62,999 nt of DNA, filler included, from Salisapilia sapeloensis CBS 127946 (GCA_023334545.1; 22 parts of 22 records of this genome joined end to end with filler, not necessarily neighbours in it), one strand, 5' to 3'. Positions 11,298 to 23,881 are shown, counted from the first letter of the whole stretch. Numbers and translations are program-made. The notes: generated by a model not told the origin, from the sequence alone.

Positions 11298-12049
11298 TTT
11301 GTTTTTCTTTATGCTCTAGTTCACCAGCATTATACAGACCGGCTAGCTTTGCAGGCTGGCATACGAGTAGCGAACGCCGGAACAGAAATACACACCCTAA
11401 ACATATAGGCATCAGAGTACGTCACTGCNNNNNNNNNNNNNNNNNNNNNNNNNNNNNNNNNNNNNNNNNNNNTTAATTAATTAANNNNNNNNNNNNNNNN
11501 NNNNNNNNNNNNNNNNNNNNNNNNNNNNAAAGCTACTTGATTGAAGGAAACGTTTTGAGTAGTCTGATAACTTTGCGAGTTACGTTATCAGGAGCTCAAG
11601 AATAGTGCGATCGATCTTGTTCCCTTGCAAGTTACAAAGACGCTGGTAATTAGAGGACTGGAGGACATAAAGTGTCCGATGTAGTGTGGCTTGGTGTGCT
11701 TTCCATTTAGATCCATTATCTTTAGCATCATGTACTCCAATATTCCTTCATTTCATTGACATCAGTTGTTTCTATATTGCCAGAGATGATGAATGAGGAT
11801 GCGATCGGGAATCACATCTCTCCGAGTATTCAGCTACAACGCTGCATTTCTTTCGGAGGGATGTTGTCATAACTAGCACGGGGCAAGTGGCACGGGATAG
11901 AGGGTGTCATATCAAGCACGCAAGCAGCAATTCTCGCCGTATCGTCCTCACTTAAGGAAATGCCTTCGTGTCTTCGCATCATTCACAAATTAGCATTCTA
12001 ATACTGACGTTGATACCATGACAACACCGTGAATAGCAGATGCTTACCA

Positions 12050-13413
12050 AGGCTTCTTCCTCTCGGATGCAAAGAAAGATGACTGCAATCGCATCGCGAT
12101 GATTCTCGTCCATGAAGCACTTCGACATTATTAAAAGTTCGACCGGTCTGTGCCTCGGGAATTGGACAGCAAACGCTGGAAACCAATCAGGTCATCCAGC
12201 AATGTTACCATGTACCGTGAGCGGCATCCGGCTCGACGTGTGGTGAAAGATTCATACAGTGACAATGCACGATGAGGCAGGGATGCTGCAAAATGTGAAC
12301 TACGCCGGCCAGCCAGCGGCAAAGAGGCAGGTTCTCCAGACGATTGAGATGCCGACACTAGAGCATCCCTATCGCTGTACTTCTCTCCGATGGCATTCTG
12401 GTAGCCCAAGTTATGCACTCCGAAGTATCGTTAAAGACCGTGACATCGTTTATATTCGAGCGACTGGAATCCTCCAAGTAGATAAAGACCAGCGCATTGG
12501 GTATAACCTTGTACATGCAGTCGACTTGCCGTCTATTTCACCACTTGAAGAAAGAGGCATCATACGATCCCGTGGTTCATCTTGTGTCCACTTCAAGCCC
12601 ACTTCTGATCAATCGGTTAAAGTGTTTACCAAAGCATATTACGAAGTATTTGGAAACAACCTCCTCGACTCTATCGCTGTGGTTACCGTAGCCAGTGGAC
12701 TCATGGCTAAGTGGACGTCTGGATATTGTGCAAAACAAAGGAAACTTTCTTGGCTCCTTCAGAGGAAAAGTGTGAACAAGGAGGATGTCATTAGCTTTAT
12801 CGGCAATGGTGAAGCTGAGAACAAGTCGGAATGTCGGTCTTGCAAGAATCAATTTGGTCACTTACGCAAAGCCTACCCGTGTGCTTGGTGCGAATTATTC
12901 ATCTGTGGGAAATGCGTTCTTCCTACCGACATACTCGAGGTCATTCTTCAGTTGACGCTGACGATCAGGAAGATGTATATCTGCCCTACTTGCGACCAAT
13001 TTGTGCGCCAAGTCAACTCTTACAAAGTAGCTCGACAAGATATCCAAGCTGATCGGTGTGAGAAAGAGGGTAATGGGTCGACCGTTGTCGACCCATCCAG
13101 GATTCCTCAGCTAGAGGAGGGATCAAGTACTCTGTCCGGCAATAAATCATGTGCCGGCGAAGTCTACGAATTTGACTCGGACCAACTTGCTACTTCAACT
13201 GAAGATTCACTGAGCACTTTTGCCCAGCTGACATCATCTAATGACAACACTGATGTTTTCCACTCCAAGAAAAGACCCTTAGAGGAAAGATCCGCCAAAA
13301 GAGGTGCAGCAAACGAAGAAGAGAAATTGGAAATCCTGATCGAAAATGTATGGAGGGGCAGCATTTCGGAACTTGATCTGAACGACAAAGAGCGTGGTCA
13401 GCAGCTTGCATGA
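12050..13413 (+). pseudogene. Oomycete START-like + FYVE domain gene with a disrupted 5' part
   Basis: Upstream frame EALRHY*KFDRSVPRELDSKRWKPIRSSSNVTMYRER, then a frame break into ORF 12259..13413 (RDIVYIRATG...; CRSCKNQFGHLRKAYPCAWCELFICGKC...CPTC). Confidence 0.7.
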
Positions 13414-14240
13414 CTGAAAATGACTGAGCAACGACTCCGACCGAGTGAGTAGACTAGTCGTGATTTAAAGAAAGGTGATAAAAGTGATGCTTGAGTTGAG
13501 GTGAAAATGGAGTCAAGAAATTTTTTATCATTTGGCAGCAGACTTCATCGATAAATGCTCTAGAGACCATACTATGCTCCTCTTCCGTTACCTTTATTAT
13601 TACTTGGCCTTCATTGATGAAAGCATGTTCGTTTTCTCCTCACTTTTCGGTCCCCAGCAGGCTCATTGGAAGTTCCTTCGTCTCCACTTTTCACGTGGCA
13701 AAGTAAAACAAATGTGGTTTTGAGCAAGGATACAGCTTAAACCTTGTTAACACTTAGCCGCCGCGAAGTCAGTACGCGAAATAGATCCATAGCGTACACA
13801 AAGCACAAGAAAACTGCCGGTTTATGGAGCAATACCTGGAGTTAATCTGGGTATGCGCTACTTAGGCAAATGGGCTCCCATGTCGCAGTCACTGGAGTTC
13901 ACTTACTTTGCGATAACAGATAGTTCTAGCTGCTTGGCTAGATAGTAGACTCAGAACAAAGTCCACAGTGAATATGGACTTTGCTCCGTAAGTTCGACAT
14001 CACGAATAAACTCCCACTTTGGTTTCCAGTTTCGTATAGACTTCAGCTTTCTNNNNNNNNNNNNNNNNNNNNNNNNNNNNNNNNNNNNNNNNNNNNTTAA
14101 TTAATTAANNNNNNNNNNNNNNNNNNNNNNNNNNNNNNNNNNNNNNNNNNNNTCAAACAAAGGAAGCGAAGACTGCTCTAAGTAGTACCTGTGCTGTTAT
14201 TAGTGCAACTTTAAATGGTATTATTGATAGTTGCAAGTCC

Positions 14241-15857
14241 TTGGGCTATAAGAAGCTAAGTTTGGATGGACTGAGGATTCTGGATGGCATTGAGAGCACT
14301 ACCACAACTCACATTCCTAATGCTCTTCCAGTCCTAATATCACCATTTTCTGACAACAGTCCTGATGCAAGATACATGATTCCAGGAGATGATGGACACG
14401 TCTGCGTCTTTCGTTTATCAGGAAAATATATGATCCCAACCGAAGAATTTCCTATCATGTTAGGAATAAATCAAACTGTAAAAGAATCGAAAGTCCAAGA
14501 GTTATTAGGCTTTGATCATGGAAGGTGGAAAAATGGATGGTTCGAAGATCCGAATGGGATGAAATGGTATGCCGATTTAATCAGCACAGATCCTGCAACT
14601 CCTTTTGGCGCATTAAGAAGATGGTTCGACACGGCACTTAATGTCGAAAAGAAAACTTTTGAAGGATATCATGAATGGGAACACCGACGTGCCGAGATTA
14701 CGTGGGGTTTCAAAAGCAAAGTGACCTACTACATTAGTCATTTTGACGGTATTCTTATTGCTAATGGCTATCGAATGGGCATCTATCGTTCGTCAGCAAG
14801 AGTAACGAAAATCGTTGAAAGCAAATACAGCATAGTAACTCTAATATTCAACACTTCCCTGCTGATGGTCATCTGGCGTTGGATATCAGCGATTCTGGCA
14901 CATTATAGGAGCTACAAGAAAGGATACACACAGTGGATCTATCCAACCATTGGGAATCTAGCCTATTCGCCCAGCTTCAATACTCTGCCTCTCGCAATGC
15001 TTCTAAGACTGCCTGTTCTTCTAACTTGCTTCTGGACAGTTGGTTGCTACCACACACGCAGTAGCCAATCCGCTCTATCAGACGCTTGGTTCGTCATGTA
15101 TCCGGCGATCGCTGGTTTTGTCATACTTCAGTTCAGTATCCTCAATTGGATTGGGAAAATCACAGGTCGTAGAATTTCGGATGCTTTATTCGGTCCAGTT
15201 CTCTTGTTTTATTTTGCTTTTCATTACTTTCGAGTTGAGATTGGTGCAAGCGACCTCTTTGGATTTGACAATCGGCTCGACACTGTCGTTGCTGCGGAAG
15301 AGCTAGACTCATTTTCACTCATCGATTTATGTCGCTATGAAACCGCACTTCGTATTGGCAGCAACGTAGTTGCTTTTGTAGTGATAAAAATCGCAGTCGT
15401 AGCGTGTACATTTATACTCTCGCTCTTGTTTAGTGAGAAGATCAACGAAAGGATACCACAGGGAGTTGCATCTCCACCGACAAAAGCCGAAGCAATTCTT
15501 AAACTTCGAGCTTCAAATATGGGTGGGCTAGGACGCACAACTATGTACTACGAAGCTACTTGTATGACGGGAAGCAATGAAAAGAAGTACTTGTTGGACG
15601 CATGTGAAGTCGGTCGGATGAAATATGTCGTATTTGGAGGCAAGTTTCTTATCACGTGGGATGACTGGTTCATCGTTACATCTTTGAAACCTTTTCAATC
15701 CTTTTACAAACTCTGGAATCATCGAATAATGGTCTTTCGAATAAAGTTAAGAGAAGGCATCCTATATATCCACGACGAGCCAGAGATGTGTCGTGTCGAC
15801 GAACCTAAGCTGTTGGACATTGCATGGTGGGAAATTAGCCTTCATCCGATCGGTTAA
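14241..15857 (+). CDS. Multi-pass transmembrane protein of unknown function (oomycete-type), probably 5'-truncated
   Basis: Open frame of 538 aa near the contig start with about 5-6 hydrophobic helices in the C-terminal half. No catalytic motif recognised. Confidence 0.7.
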   Translation: MGYKKLSLDGLRILDGIESTTTTHIPNALPVLISPFSDNSPDARYMIPGDDGHVCVFRLSGKYMIPTEEFPIMLGINQTVKESKVQELLGFDHGRWKNGWFEDPNGMKWYADLISTDPATPFGALRRWFDTALNVEKKTFEGYHEWEHRRAEITWGFKSKVTYYISHFDGILIANGYRMGIYRSSARVTKIVESKYSIVTLIFNTSLLMVIWRWISAILAHYRSYKKGYTQWIYPTIGNLAYSPSFNTLPLAMLLRLPVLLTCFWTVGCYHTRSSQSALSDAWFVMYPAIAGFVILQFSILNWIGKITGRRISDALFGPVLLFYFAFHYFRVEIGASDLFGFDNRLDTVVAAEELDSFSLIDLCRYETALRIGSNVVAFVVIKIAVVACTFILSLLFSEKINERIPQGVASPPTKAEAILKLRASNMGGLGRTTMYYEATCMTGSNEKKYLLDACEVGRMKYVVFGGKFLITWDDWFIVTSLKPFQSFYKLWNHRIMVFRIKLREGILYIHDEPEMCRVDEPKLLDIAWWEISLHPIG

Positions 15858-15941
15858 AGGAGTCGACGACGAAAAGAAGAGGAATTTTGATTTCACGGTA
15901 CGTGTTCATGACATTATGCTCGAAGTTGACGATAATGGCAA

Positions 15942-16829
15942 TTAGCCTTTGTAAGTGTACGGCTTCTCGTTATATCCGTCACAGTTCGTCTGGATGCTAA
16001 TTTCTCTCCATTCGTCCATCTCTTTCTGACGGGTTTCGGCAACAATATCGGCGTAGTGAACGGCATCACTGCCAAGTACAAGCTTCAAAGGAATGCTCTT
16101 GCCTTCACATCGGCCACTCTTCGTCAAAGCTTCGACGATAAGTTGCCCCACCTTACTCGTATCACCAGGGGCAATCTTGTCTGCATTCTCGTATATTGCA
16201 CGCACAGGGGACATGACATCGTCATACTCCTTCATCGGGTTCGAAGCTCGAACGGACTTGGCAGAAAGGATCTCGGTTCGGAAGACACCTAGTTCGAGAC
16301 AAGTTACTTCAAGTCCATACGGCTTGACTTCTTGCATGAGAGCGCCAGAGATAGAAGCGATCGCAGCCTTCGTACCACAGTAGATCCCATTGTACATCGA
16401 CGGGTAGCGAGCGCCGATGGACCCGACGTTCGCAATAACACCGAACTTTTGCTCTCGAAGGTAGGGGAGGAAGGCTCTGGTGACCTTCAACGGACCCAAG
16501 ACATTCGTGTCGTACAGCTTCAACGTGTCCTCATACGTGCTTTCCTCCACAGCACCGTTCAAACAGTACCCAGCGTTGTTCAGGAGGATGTCGATGTGAC
16601 CGTGGACCTTCATAGCGTCTGCTGCGACCGACTGAATGGTCGACTCGTCTGACGTCAAATCCAGGGCAAGAATCGACGCTCCTTTAGACTTGAGGTCTTC
16701 AATCGAAGCGATGTTTCGAGCGGTTGCAATCACCTTGTCGCCACGGTTGAGTGCTGCGAGCGAGACTTCACGTCCGACACCAGAGGAGCATCCAGTGATA
16801 AACCACACTTTGGGACTGGTAGTAGTCAT
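15942..16829 (-). CDS. Short-chain dehydrogenase/reductase
   Basis: VWFITGCSSGVG, LLNNAGY, NVGS and YCGTK. ATG at 16829. Confidence 0.92.
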   Translation of the reverse strand: MTTTSPKVWFITGCSSGVGREVSLAALNRGDKVIATARNIASIEDLKSKGASILALDLTSDESTIQSVAADAMKVHGHIDILLNNAGYCLNGAVEESTYEDTLKLYDTNVLGPLKVTRAFLPYLREQKFGVIANVGSIGARYPSMYNGIYCGTKAAIASISGALMQEVKPYGLEVTCLELGVFRTEILSAKSVRASNPMKEYDDVMSPVRAIYENADKIAPGDTSKVGQLIVEALTKSGRCEGKSIPLKLVLGSDAVHYADIVAETRQKEMDEWREISIQTNCDGYNEKPYTYKG

Positions 16830-18642
16830 AGTGTCTTGGGAGGAAGATCGAGTGGGATGTCTTGAGAGGTGTAAGGCTAAATGCCAAGTGAGACTGCTAT
16901 GGCCACGCGTTCTTGACACGGATGTAAAAGATCCATGCAGCTGTTTGTATACGTGTGTATAGCCATCTACATACGAAGATGTGTTCCTACCATGTAGGTA
17001 CTTTGACGTCTATTGTATGTATCTCTCATCCACAGTACGAAAATAGATGATATCACAATACTAAGGGGATACGCATATTTAGGAAAACATTCATCCAGTT
17101 CGTAAATAAACCCCGGAATTGATGCTTGTCTTGTCTATGACGGTTGTATCTTCGTGATATGTAGGTGTTGTTAATTGTAGTATAGGCAACAATAGCGAAA
17201 AGGTATGAGTGCTTCTAGCATGGAGCGCTCGTTGCAAAGCGTAGTCGCAAAGAATCAAAGCAGGTCGACGAGTCCGCGATGACATCACCAGTCACGGCCT
17301 TGTTAATATCCAACGTATGAAGATCAAGAGCAATATGGAAGGCTTTAACTTGGACTCTGCATTTCAATAGAAACTTGGGCAGATGAAGATTTTGTAGGGT
17401 GCGGACAGTGGCAGAGTATGGTACGGATGATAGCTGAGGAGCATTCAAGGAAGAATGGAATGTACGCATCTGCCGCAAAACGGATGAAAGGATATCTCTT
17501 AGGATACTCTACAAGTAGCTTTAAATCACATGCACTCATGTTGTCGCGATGCATGTCGGTGGTAAGAGATCATATCAAGTAGACTGATATTGGCGAAAGT
17601 GAAGTGAGAGAGTCACATTCTCTCTCGCGGCGATGCTGATACAAGTTGCAATTGAATCTGGACATACTGAACAATTGCATCTCTAGATCCCTATGGCTTG
17701 CAAAGATGGCCTCGTCGAGTATGCAGCGATCGCAGCCGGTATTTGTCAGGGGTATAGTTAAACGTAAGGCATGGGATACCAGAGTATGTCGCAACTGGCC
17801 ATCTTTTTCAGGCTTGGGTGCATTATTTATTGCCATATCGCACGTACAGCATACAGCTATAGCTAAGCTACAGCTAGATAACAGCGATGCACATGTTTAT
17901 CAGTGCGGTTTCAAGTCCATCAAAAGCACTTTGCCATGAGTAGATTCTTGCACCGAATGCATTTCTGCTTTGAAGGTAGTCTCGCAGTAAAAGAAGCCCA
18001 ATTTTATCGTTGAAGATCGCTTTACCTCGAAGAGTTTACTAGAATACTAAACTGTAGATTAAATCAATTTTCATTTTGCGATAGATATAACTAATATATC
18101 AGAAGTCATTTTCTACTAGTAGAAAGCTTCCATACTAATACCGAAGGAATAGAGCTCATCATACTAGTCTGCTTATCATGAAGGCACATTTATGATACCC
18201 ACTAGCAGGTATTTTAGCTATCGCCGACTTACTGTTGATGTCGAATGCAATAAATTTCTGAAAGATGCTGTAACCGTCTTATGAAGAGATTTTCCTACAT
18301 TTAGGAGCTAAACCATAACTAGAAAAGTGTTCATCTGAATGTTACTCTAAGAACAAAAGATCGGCATCATGCGAGCAGCTATGCAAACTTCAGACATCAG
18401 AATGAACTGATCGAAAACAGGCGCTTTGAGAGGTGGTGAACAGGATGTTGGTGGTGAAGGTTAGTCGATAGCAGGTTGTGGACGAGGGTATTCAGGCTAG
18501 TTCCAAAGCGATGGATTTCTTCATGGCATAAGCCATTCTTGANNNNNNNNNNNNNNNNNNNNNNNNNNNNNNNNNNNNNNNNNNNNTTAATTAATTAANN
18601 NNNNNNNNNNNNNNNNNNNNNNNNNNNNNNNNNNNNNNNNNN

Positions 18643-19119
<477 letters not shown>

Positions 19120-19652
19120 TCACGAATTTTTCAAATATTTAGACGGCACCAGTTAAGTGTTGAAGACAAGTGCGACAACTGCCGGGAACGTGATCCGCGT
19201 GGTGGGCACTTTGGTCGGCACTCGGCACTTCAAATTTGTATTGAAGTGACCAACTTGATGGCATCTGTCCTAGAATCTTGCCACCGAAATTTTGGATGAA
19301 AATTGTACACTGCGAGTTGACACGACGTGATGGTGGTCGTCGACAGCAGTCAAGGCGCGAATTCTATCTATAAAAATGCTACTTGCCACTACACGTTTCC
19401 TTTCGTTCCGAGCAAAATTTGCGCTCCACGATGATTGCTATCCCACGATAACTATTCTGGACGCGTGGCAGTTTTGTATGTTCGCAACAAGATATCGTTT
19501 AAATAACAATGTGACAGTTGCAAACAAGGATAAGAAATATCTCAGACAATATTACTATAAGAAAAGAAAGGTTAAGAAAAGAAAGGTTAAGAAAAGTAAA
19601 GGCAAAGAAAAGAAAAAGAAAAACTCGTGACACAAAACGGAACTTGCTGATT

Positions 19653-20359
19653 ATGGTGAGCTGGGGCGAGATTCTCTTCACGGTGACGGCCACCAGCTAT
19701 ATCATCGGCCGCAAGGAACTACCTCGGATATCCCACTTCATCGGTACCATGACAGGGCGTTCCATTGGTGCCATCCTCCGCGCTAAAAATGACTTTTTCG
19801 ATGCCACCAAGGACAGTGACATTGTCCGAGTATGTCCTTAATGCCTTTTGTACCATGAAAAGCTAAGCAGAGGCTAATCAAAGCTTTCTGTCACAGTTGC
19901 AACGAGATTTCCAGAAAGGAATAGATGAATTGAACGACATTCGGTCCGAGCTCACCAGTGTGGGCAATATGAATCGTCCCTACAAGCCAACGGGTGGCGA
20001 AAACCCATCTCAATCCCCTTTGTCGTCTATAGAGCCATCATCTTCTTCAGCAGATCTAGTTGGACAAAGTTCATCCATTCAGCCGACCCGATCGCACAGC
20101 TCCATTCGACCTAGTTCCGCTATCTCCGGCTCCTACGGTTAATACTTTGATGACCATCATGCCAATACTTGGTTTCTAACATCTCATAGAAGGAAATTAT
20201 GATAATGCACACGCAAGTCTTGCCGCTGCCGAGATGAAGCTTTCTGAACACCAAGGACTCTATACTTCTCGTCTCGACCATATCGAAGGCGGTGCGGACT
20301 ATGTGTCTGCCAGTATCGTCGACAGTCTGCTGTTAGAAAAACAAAAGAAAGACAAATAA
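19653..20359 (+). CDS. tatB: Mitochondrial TatB-like twin-arginine translocase subunit; introns 19830..19896 and 20138..20189
   Basis: MVSWGEILFTVTATSYIIGRKELPRISHFIGTMTGR gives the TatB TM-hinge-amphipathic helix pattern. The two GT-AG introns restore one frame ending GGADYVSASIVDSLLLEKQKKDK*. Confidence 0.75.
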
Positions 20360-20388
20360 TCTAGTACAGGACCAAATTTAAATTCGAT

Positions 20389-21396
20389 TTATGCATGCTC
20401 TTTCGGTACAGCTTCCGACTGAGGAGTGACTACTTGTACATACTCTGTTTCTTCTTCCTGTTGTTGCTTGAGCTCTCTCGGCGGACCTGCCGTACTGTAG
20501 ATTACGAGTCCAATGTAGACGAGACCGAGAGCTAACCAGTACCAGTTGTTCACTGGTTCATCAAAGATCAGGTACGACACCATGACTGTAAACACAGGGC
20601 CTGTAAGTAGACTCAGATTGAACATGAGACTCTCGGCGATTCGCAAGAAGACGGATGTGACCGTGTAGAATGTGAAGAGAACGAGGACGTATCCTGTCAT
20701 GTATCCAAAGATGCGGTCGTTCCAGGATTGTTCCGCGATCGGATTCCTTTCTAAAATAGCAATCTGGATGCCCGAGACGATGGCTGCCCACAGTCCCATG
20801 AATCCAAGCACTTCGATGTTCGCATCCACGTCTCGAACTTTCACCACAGACTGAATCATAACGTTTGAAACAGCATAGAAAGCGGCAGCAATCAAAGCGT
20901 AGCAGTCGCCACGAAGCTCGTCGCCTGCGTCTGCGTTGACGCTCGCATCGTAATCGGAGGCAAAAATAGTCACGCAGCCTCCGAGAGCGAAGAGGACTCC
21001 TAGGTAGTGTCGCCAAGAGTATCTAGTCTTCAAAAAGATGTAGCAGAGGATCGTGACGAAGATGATGGTCATGTTCAGGATAAGACCGAGCGTCGCATAA
21101 TTGGCATAGTTGAACGCTTTGACAGCAAAGTAATTGCCTTCCACGTCGACTGCACCGAGGATGACGTAGAACCACCAAGGGACACCCATGAGTGGAGTGC
21201 CACGCACTTGGCGTACGATGAGGTAGACAAGGGCGAGCAAGACGTACAGGAAGAGAGACTGAAGCGTCGGGAGACTGGCATTTTCGATCGTCAGGTAGTT
21301 GGAGAAGATGCCAGAGCAGACGTTAAGGAGCATGATAAGCTGGCCATAGCCAAAGCACAGGAACGTGAAAGCAACGCCGCGTTGAGGGCACGGCAT
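20389..21396 (-). CDS. SLC35F1/F2-like drug/metabolite transporter
   Basis: About 10 TM helices with DVEGNYFAVKAFNY, GDCYALIAAAFYAVSNV and FNLSLLT. Confidence 0.85.
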   Translation of the reverse strand: MPCPQRGVAFTFLCFGYGQLIMLLNVCSGIFSNYLTIENASLPTLQSLFLYVLLALVYLIVRQVRGTPLMGVPWWFYVILGAVDVEGNYFAVKAFNYANYATLGLILNMTIIFVTILCYIFLKTRYSWRHYLGVLFALGGCVTIFASDYDASVNADAGDELRGDCYALIAAAFYAVSNVMIQSVVKVRDVDANIEVLGFMGLWAAIVSGIQIAILERNPIAEQSWNDRIFGYMTGYVLVLFTFYTVTSVFLRIAESLMFNLSLLTGPVFTVMVSYLIFDEPVNNWYWLALGLVYIGLVIYSTAGPPRELKQQQEEETEYVQVVTPQSEAVPKEHA

Positions 21397-22100
21397 GGTC
21401 AGCTTGATGAGCTTGGGACGCGGTGTATTGGGAACTGACTGCTGGTGGTGCTCGGATTAAGTGATGGATCAGAAAAATAGCCTCTGTCTCGCGTTGCAAG
21501 CCAATGGTTCTATGAGCATATGCGACTGGACGCCGATTGAGTCACGGAGGTGTCAGTTTCTGCTGAACGTGATGCCAGATAATGGAGATAGCGTCGATTT
21601 TGTATGGAAAGACTGGGCTTAAGGTCAGAAGGAGTATTGTTGGTGGAAACTTGGAAGTTAATTTGTTTCTGTCGGTAAAAAGGCTGTTCGTAAAGTACTT
21701 TACGAAAGAAGTGAGGTGAGCTCATCTAAGGAACTTGTTGTTGCTCAAACCAAGATGTAAACCTTGGAGTTTGTATTCCTACTTGCCGTCTATTTTTGGA
21801 ATGCAGTAAAGGTGAGTCTAGTCGCTGCAAGAAACTGAAAACCGTTGTACATGCAACCTTTCACATTTCCACAACAGCATAGAGCTTTCTTCCGACGAAC
21901 AAACCTCGTTTTGCGTAGAAGCGACGTTGAAGCGTCGTCCGGAAAGACATGGTAGTCCGCAGCATAAATTCGTCCGCACGTCGTTGGACACCCAGTGTAA
22001 NNNNNNNNNNNNNNNNNNNNNNNNNNNNNNNNNNNNNNNNNNNNTTAATTAATTAANNNNNNNNNNNNNNNNNNNNNNNNNNNNNNNNNNNNNNNNNNNN

Positions 22101-23733
22101 GCTGACAGGGGAGAGTGTTCCGGTGTCTAAAGGGCCTGGAGACCACGTCTTCGGATCTACTGTGAATCAGCAGGGCGCCCTCGTCATCACTGCTTCTTGC
22201 TCCGGTGGCGAGAGCAGCACTCTGTCTCAGATCTGTGGTCTTATCGAAGACGCTCAAATGAACAAAGCACCAATCCAGGCGTACGCAGACAAGCTCGCTT
22301 CGGTCTTTGCACCCATCGTGATTACCTTTGGCATCTTCACGTTTAGTATCTGGTATCTGTTGCTTGCTGTCGACGCTGTTCCGACTGCCTACAAGCAGTA
22401 TCTGAACATCACGGTAGCTGACGGTCACTCGGAAGACCTTTTCAACGCTGTCTTGTTTGCCATATCTGTCGTTGTCATCTCTTGCCCATGCGCATTAGGA
22501 TTAGCCACACCCACCGCAGTCATGGTCGGATGTGGTGTCGGTGCGAAGAGGGGCGTGCTAGTCAAAGGAGGCAAAGCACTCGAGATTGCTCGTGGCGTGG
22601 ACACCATCGTCTTCGACAAGACTGGAACACTAACAGTCGGTACACCGTCCGTCACGGATGTCGTCGTTACTAATCGCAAATTCACGCCTCGAGATGTTCT
22701 CTACTACGCCGCGACGCTTGAATGCGTAAGTGAGCATGTGCTAGGCAAAGCAATTGTGACCTGTGCGACAGATCAAGAGCACCTGCGACTTCATGAGCCT
22801 ACGGGTGTAAAGATCGTTCCTGGAAGAGGACTCAGTGGCAACGCTGTGCATCACATGGATGATGCCTACACAGCGTCAGTGATTGTCGGTAACACTGCCT
22901 TTTGCGAAGAGCAGAACGTCAAGGTCAAACGCGCCGTGGATGATGAGATGCATCGACTAGAGGAACAGGGTAAGACGGTGGTGTGTGTCGGTATCGATAA
23001 TGAACTAGCAGGTGTAGTGGCCATGGCGGACATGCCTCGAGCTGAATCCAGGGCTGTCGTGTCACAACTGCAGTCAATGGGAATCGACGTGTGGATGATC
23101 ACTGGTGACAACATTAGAACGGCGACGGCTGTAGCAATGGACTTGGGTATCAATCACGTCAAGGCTGGTGCGATGCCGGCGGAGAAAGCTGGAGAGATCA
23201 AATCGTTGCAGCAGCAGACGATTGAAGAGAAGGAACGGGTTGTCTGCATGGTCGGTGACGGCATCAATGACGCTCCCGGACTAGCACAAGCTGATATTGG
23301 CATGGCTGTCGGAGCCGGTACACAGATCGCGCAGGCAGAAGCCGACATGATCTTGGTGAAGAGTCAGTTGACAGACGTTGTGATGGCACTGGATCTAGCT
23401 CGTGTAGTGTTCAACCGTATCAAGATCAACTTCTTCTTCTCCATGATGTATAACATCATCGGAATTCCACTGGCTGCAGGCATGTTCCTCCCGATCGTCC
23501 ACAAGCGTGTGGCACCAGAGTGGGCTGGACTAGCGATGGCACTCTCTTCGGTGTCTGTCGTCTTAAGCTCACTTATGCTCAGACGCTACACCCCACCGGA
23601 TATGTCGCTAATGGGAGTGAATACACTGGAAGACAAACGTGTCTATGCCCGAGTGAAGAATGCTGGCCGTCCTCGAGTCCAGTCGAATTGTAAGCGATAC
23701 AAGCCATTGCCGAAAATGGAGGATTTGATCTAA
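22101..23733 (+). CDS. P1B-1 copper-transporting ATPase, C-terminal half, 5'-truncated
   Basis: TGES, SCPCALGLATP, DKTGTLT, MITGDN, MVGDGINDAP, YN and MALSS. Confidence 0.93.
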
Positions 23734-23881
23734 GGCATTGGTTCGTCTCGTAGAGCGCTTTTATTTGGTGTAGTGTTGCGCTTAGCTGGGATGAGGTTGG
23801 CAAAAGTCAAAATAACAATTTTAATCGAGTTTATTTGAGAATGGTTGTGCTCCTTTCCAGGCTTAAAATGTGCTCTCATCA

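Noticed and set aside
17090-18542. Short ORFs that might be reverse-transcriptase remnants
   Set aside because: No convincing YADD or other RT motif in any frame I read.
19558-19602. 15-bp purine-rich tandem repeat giving a Lys/Arg-rich ORF extension
   Set aside because: Low-complexity intergenic or 5' UTR sequence; the tatB homology starts at ATG 19653.
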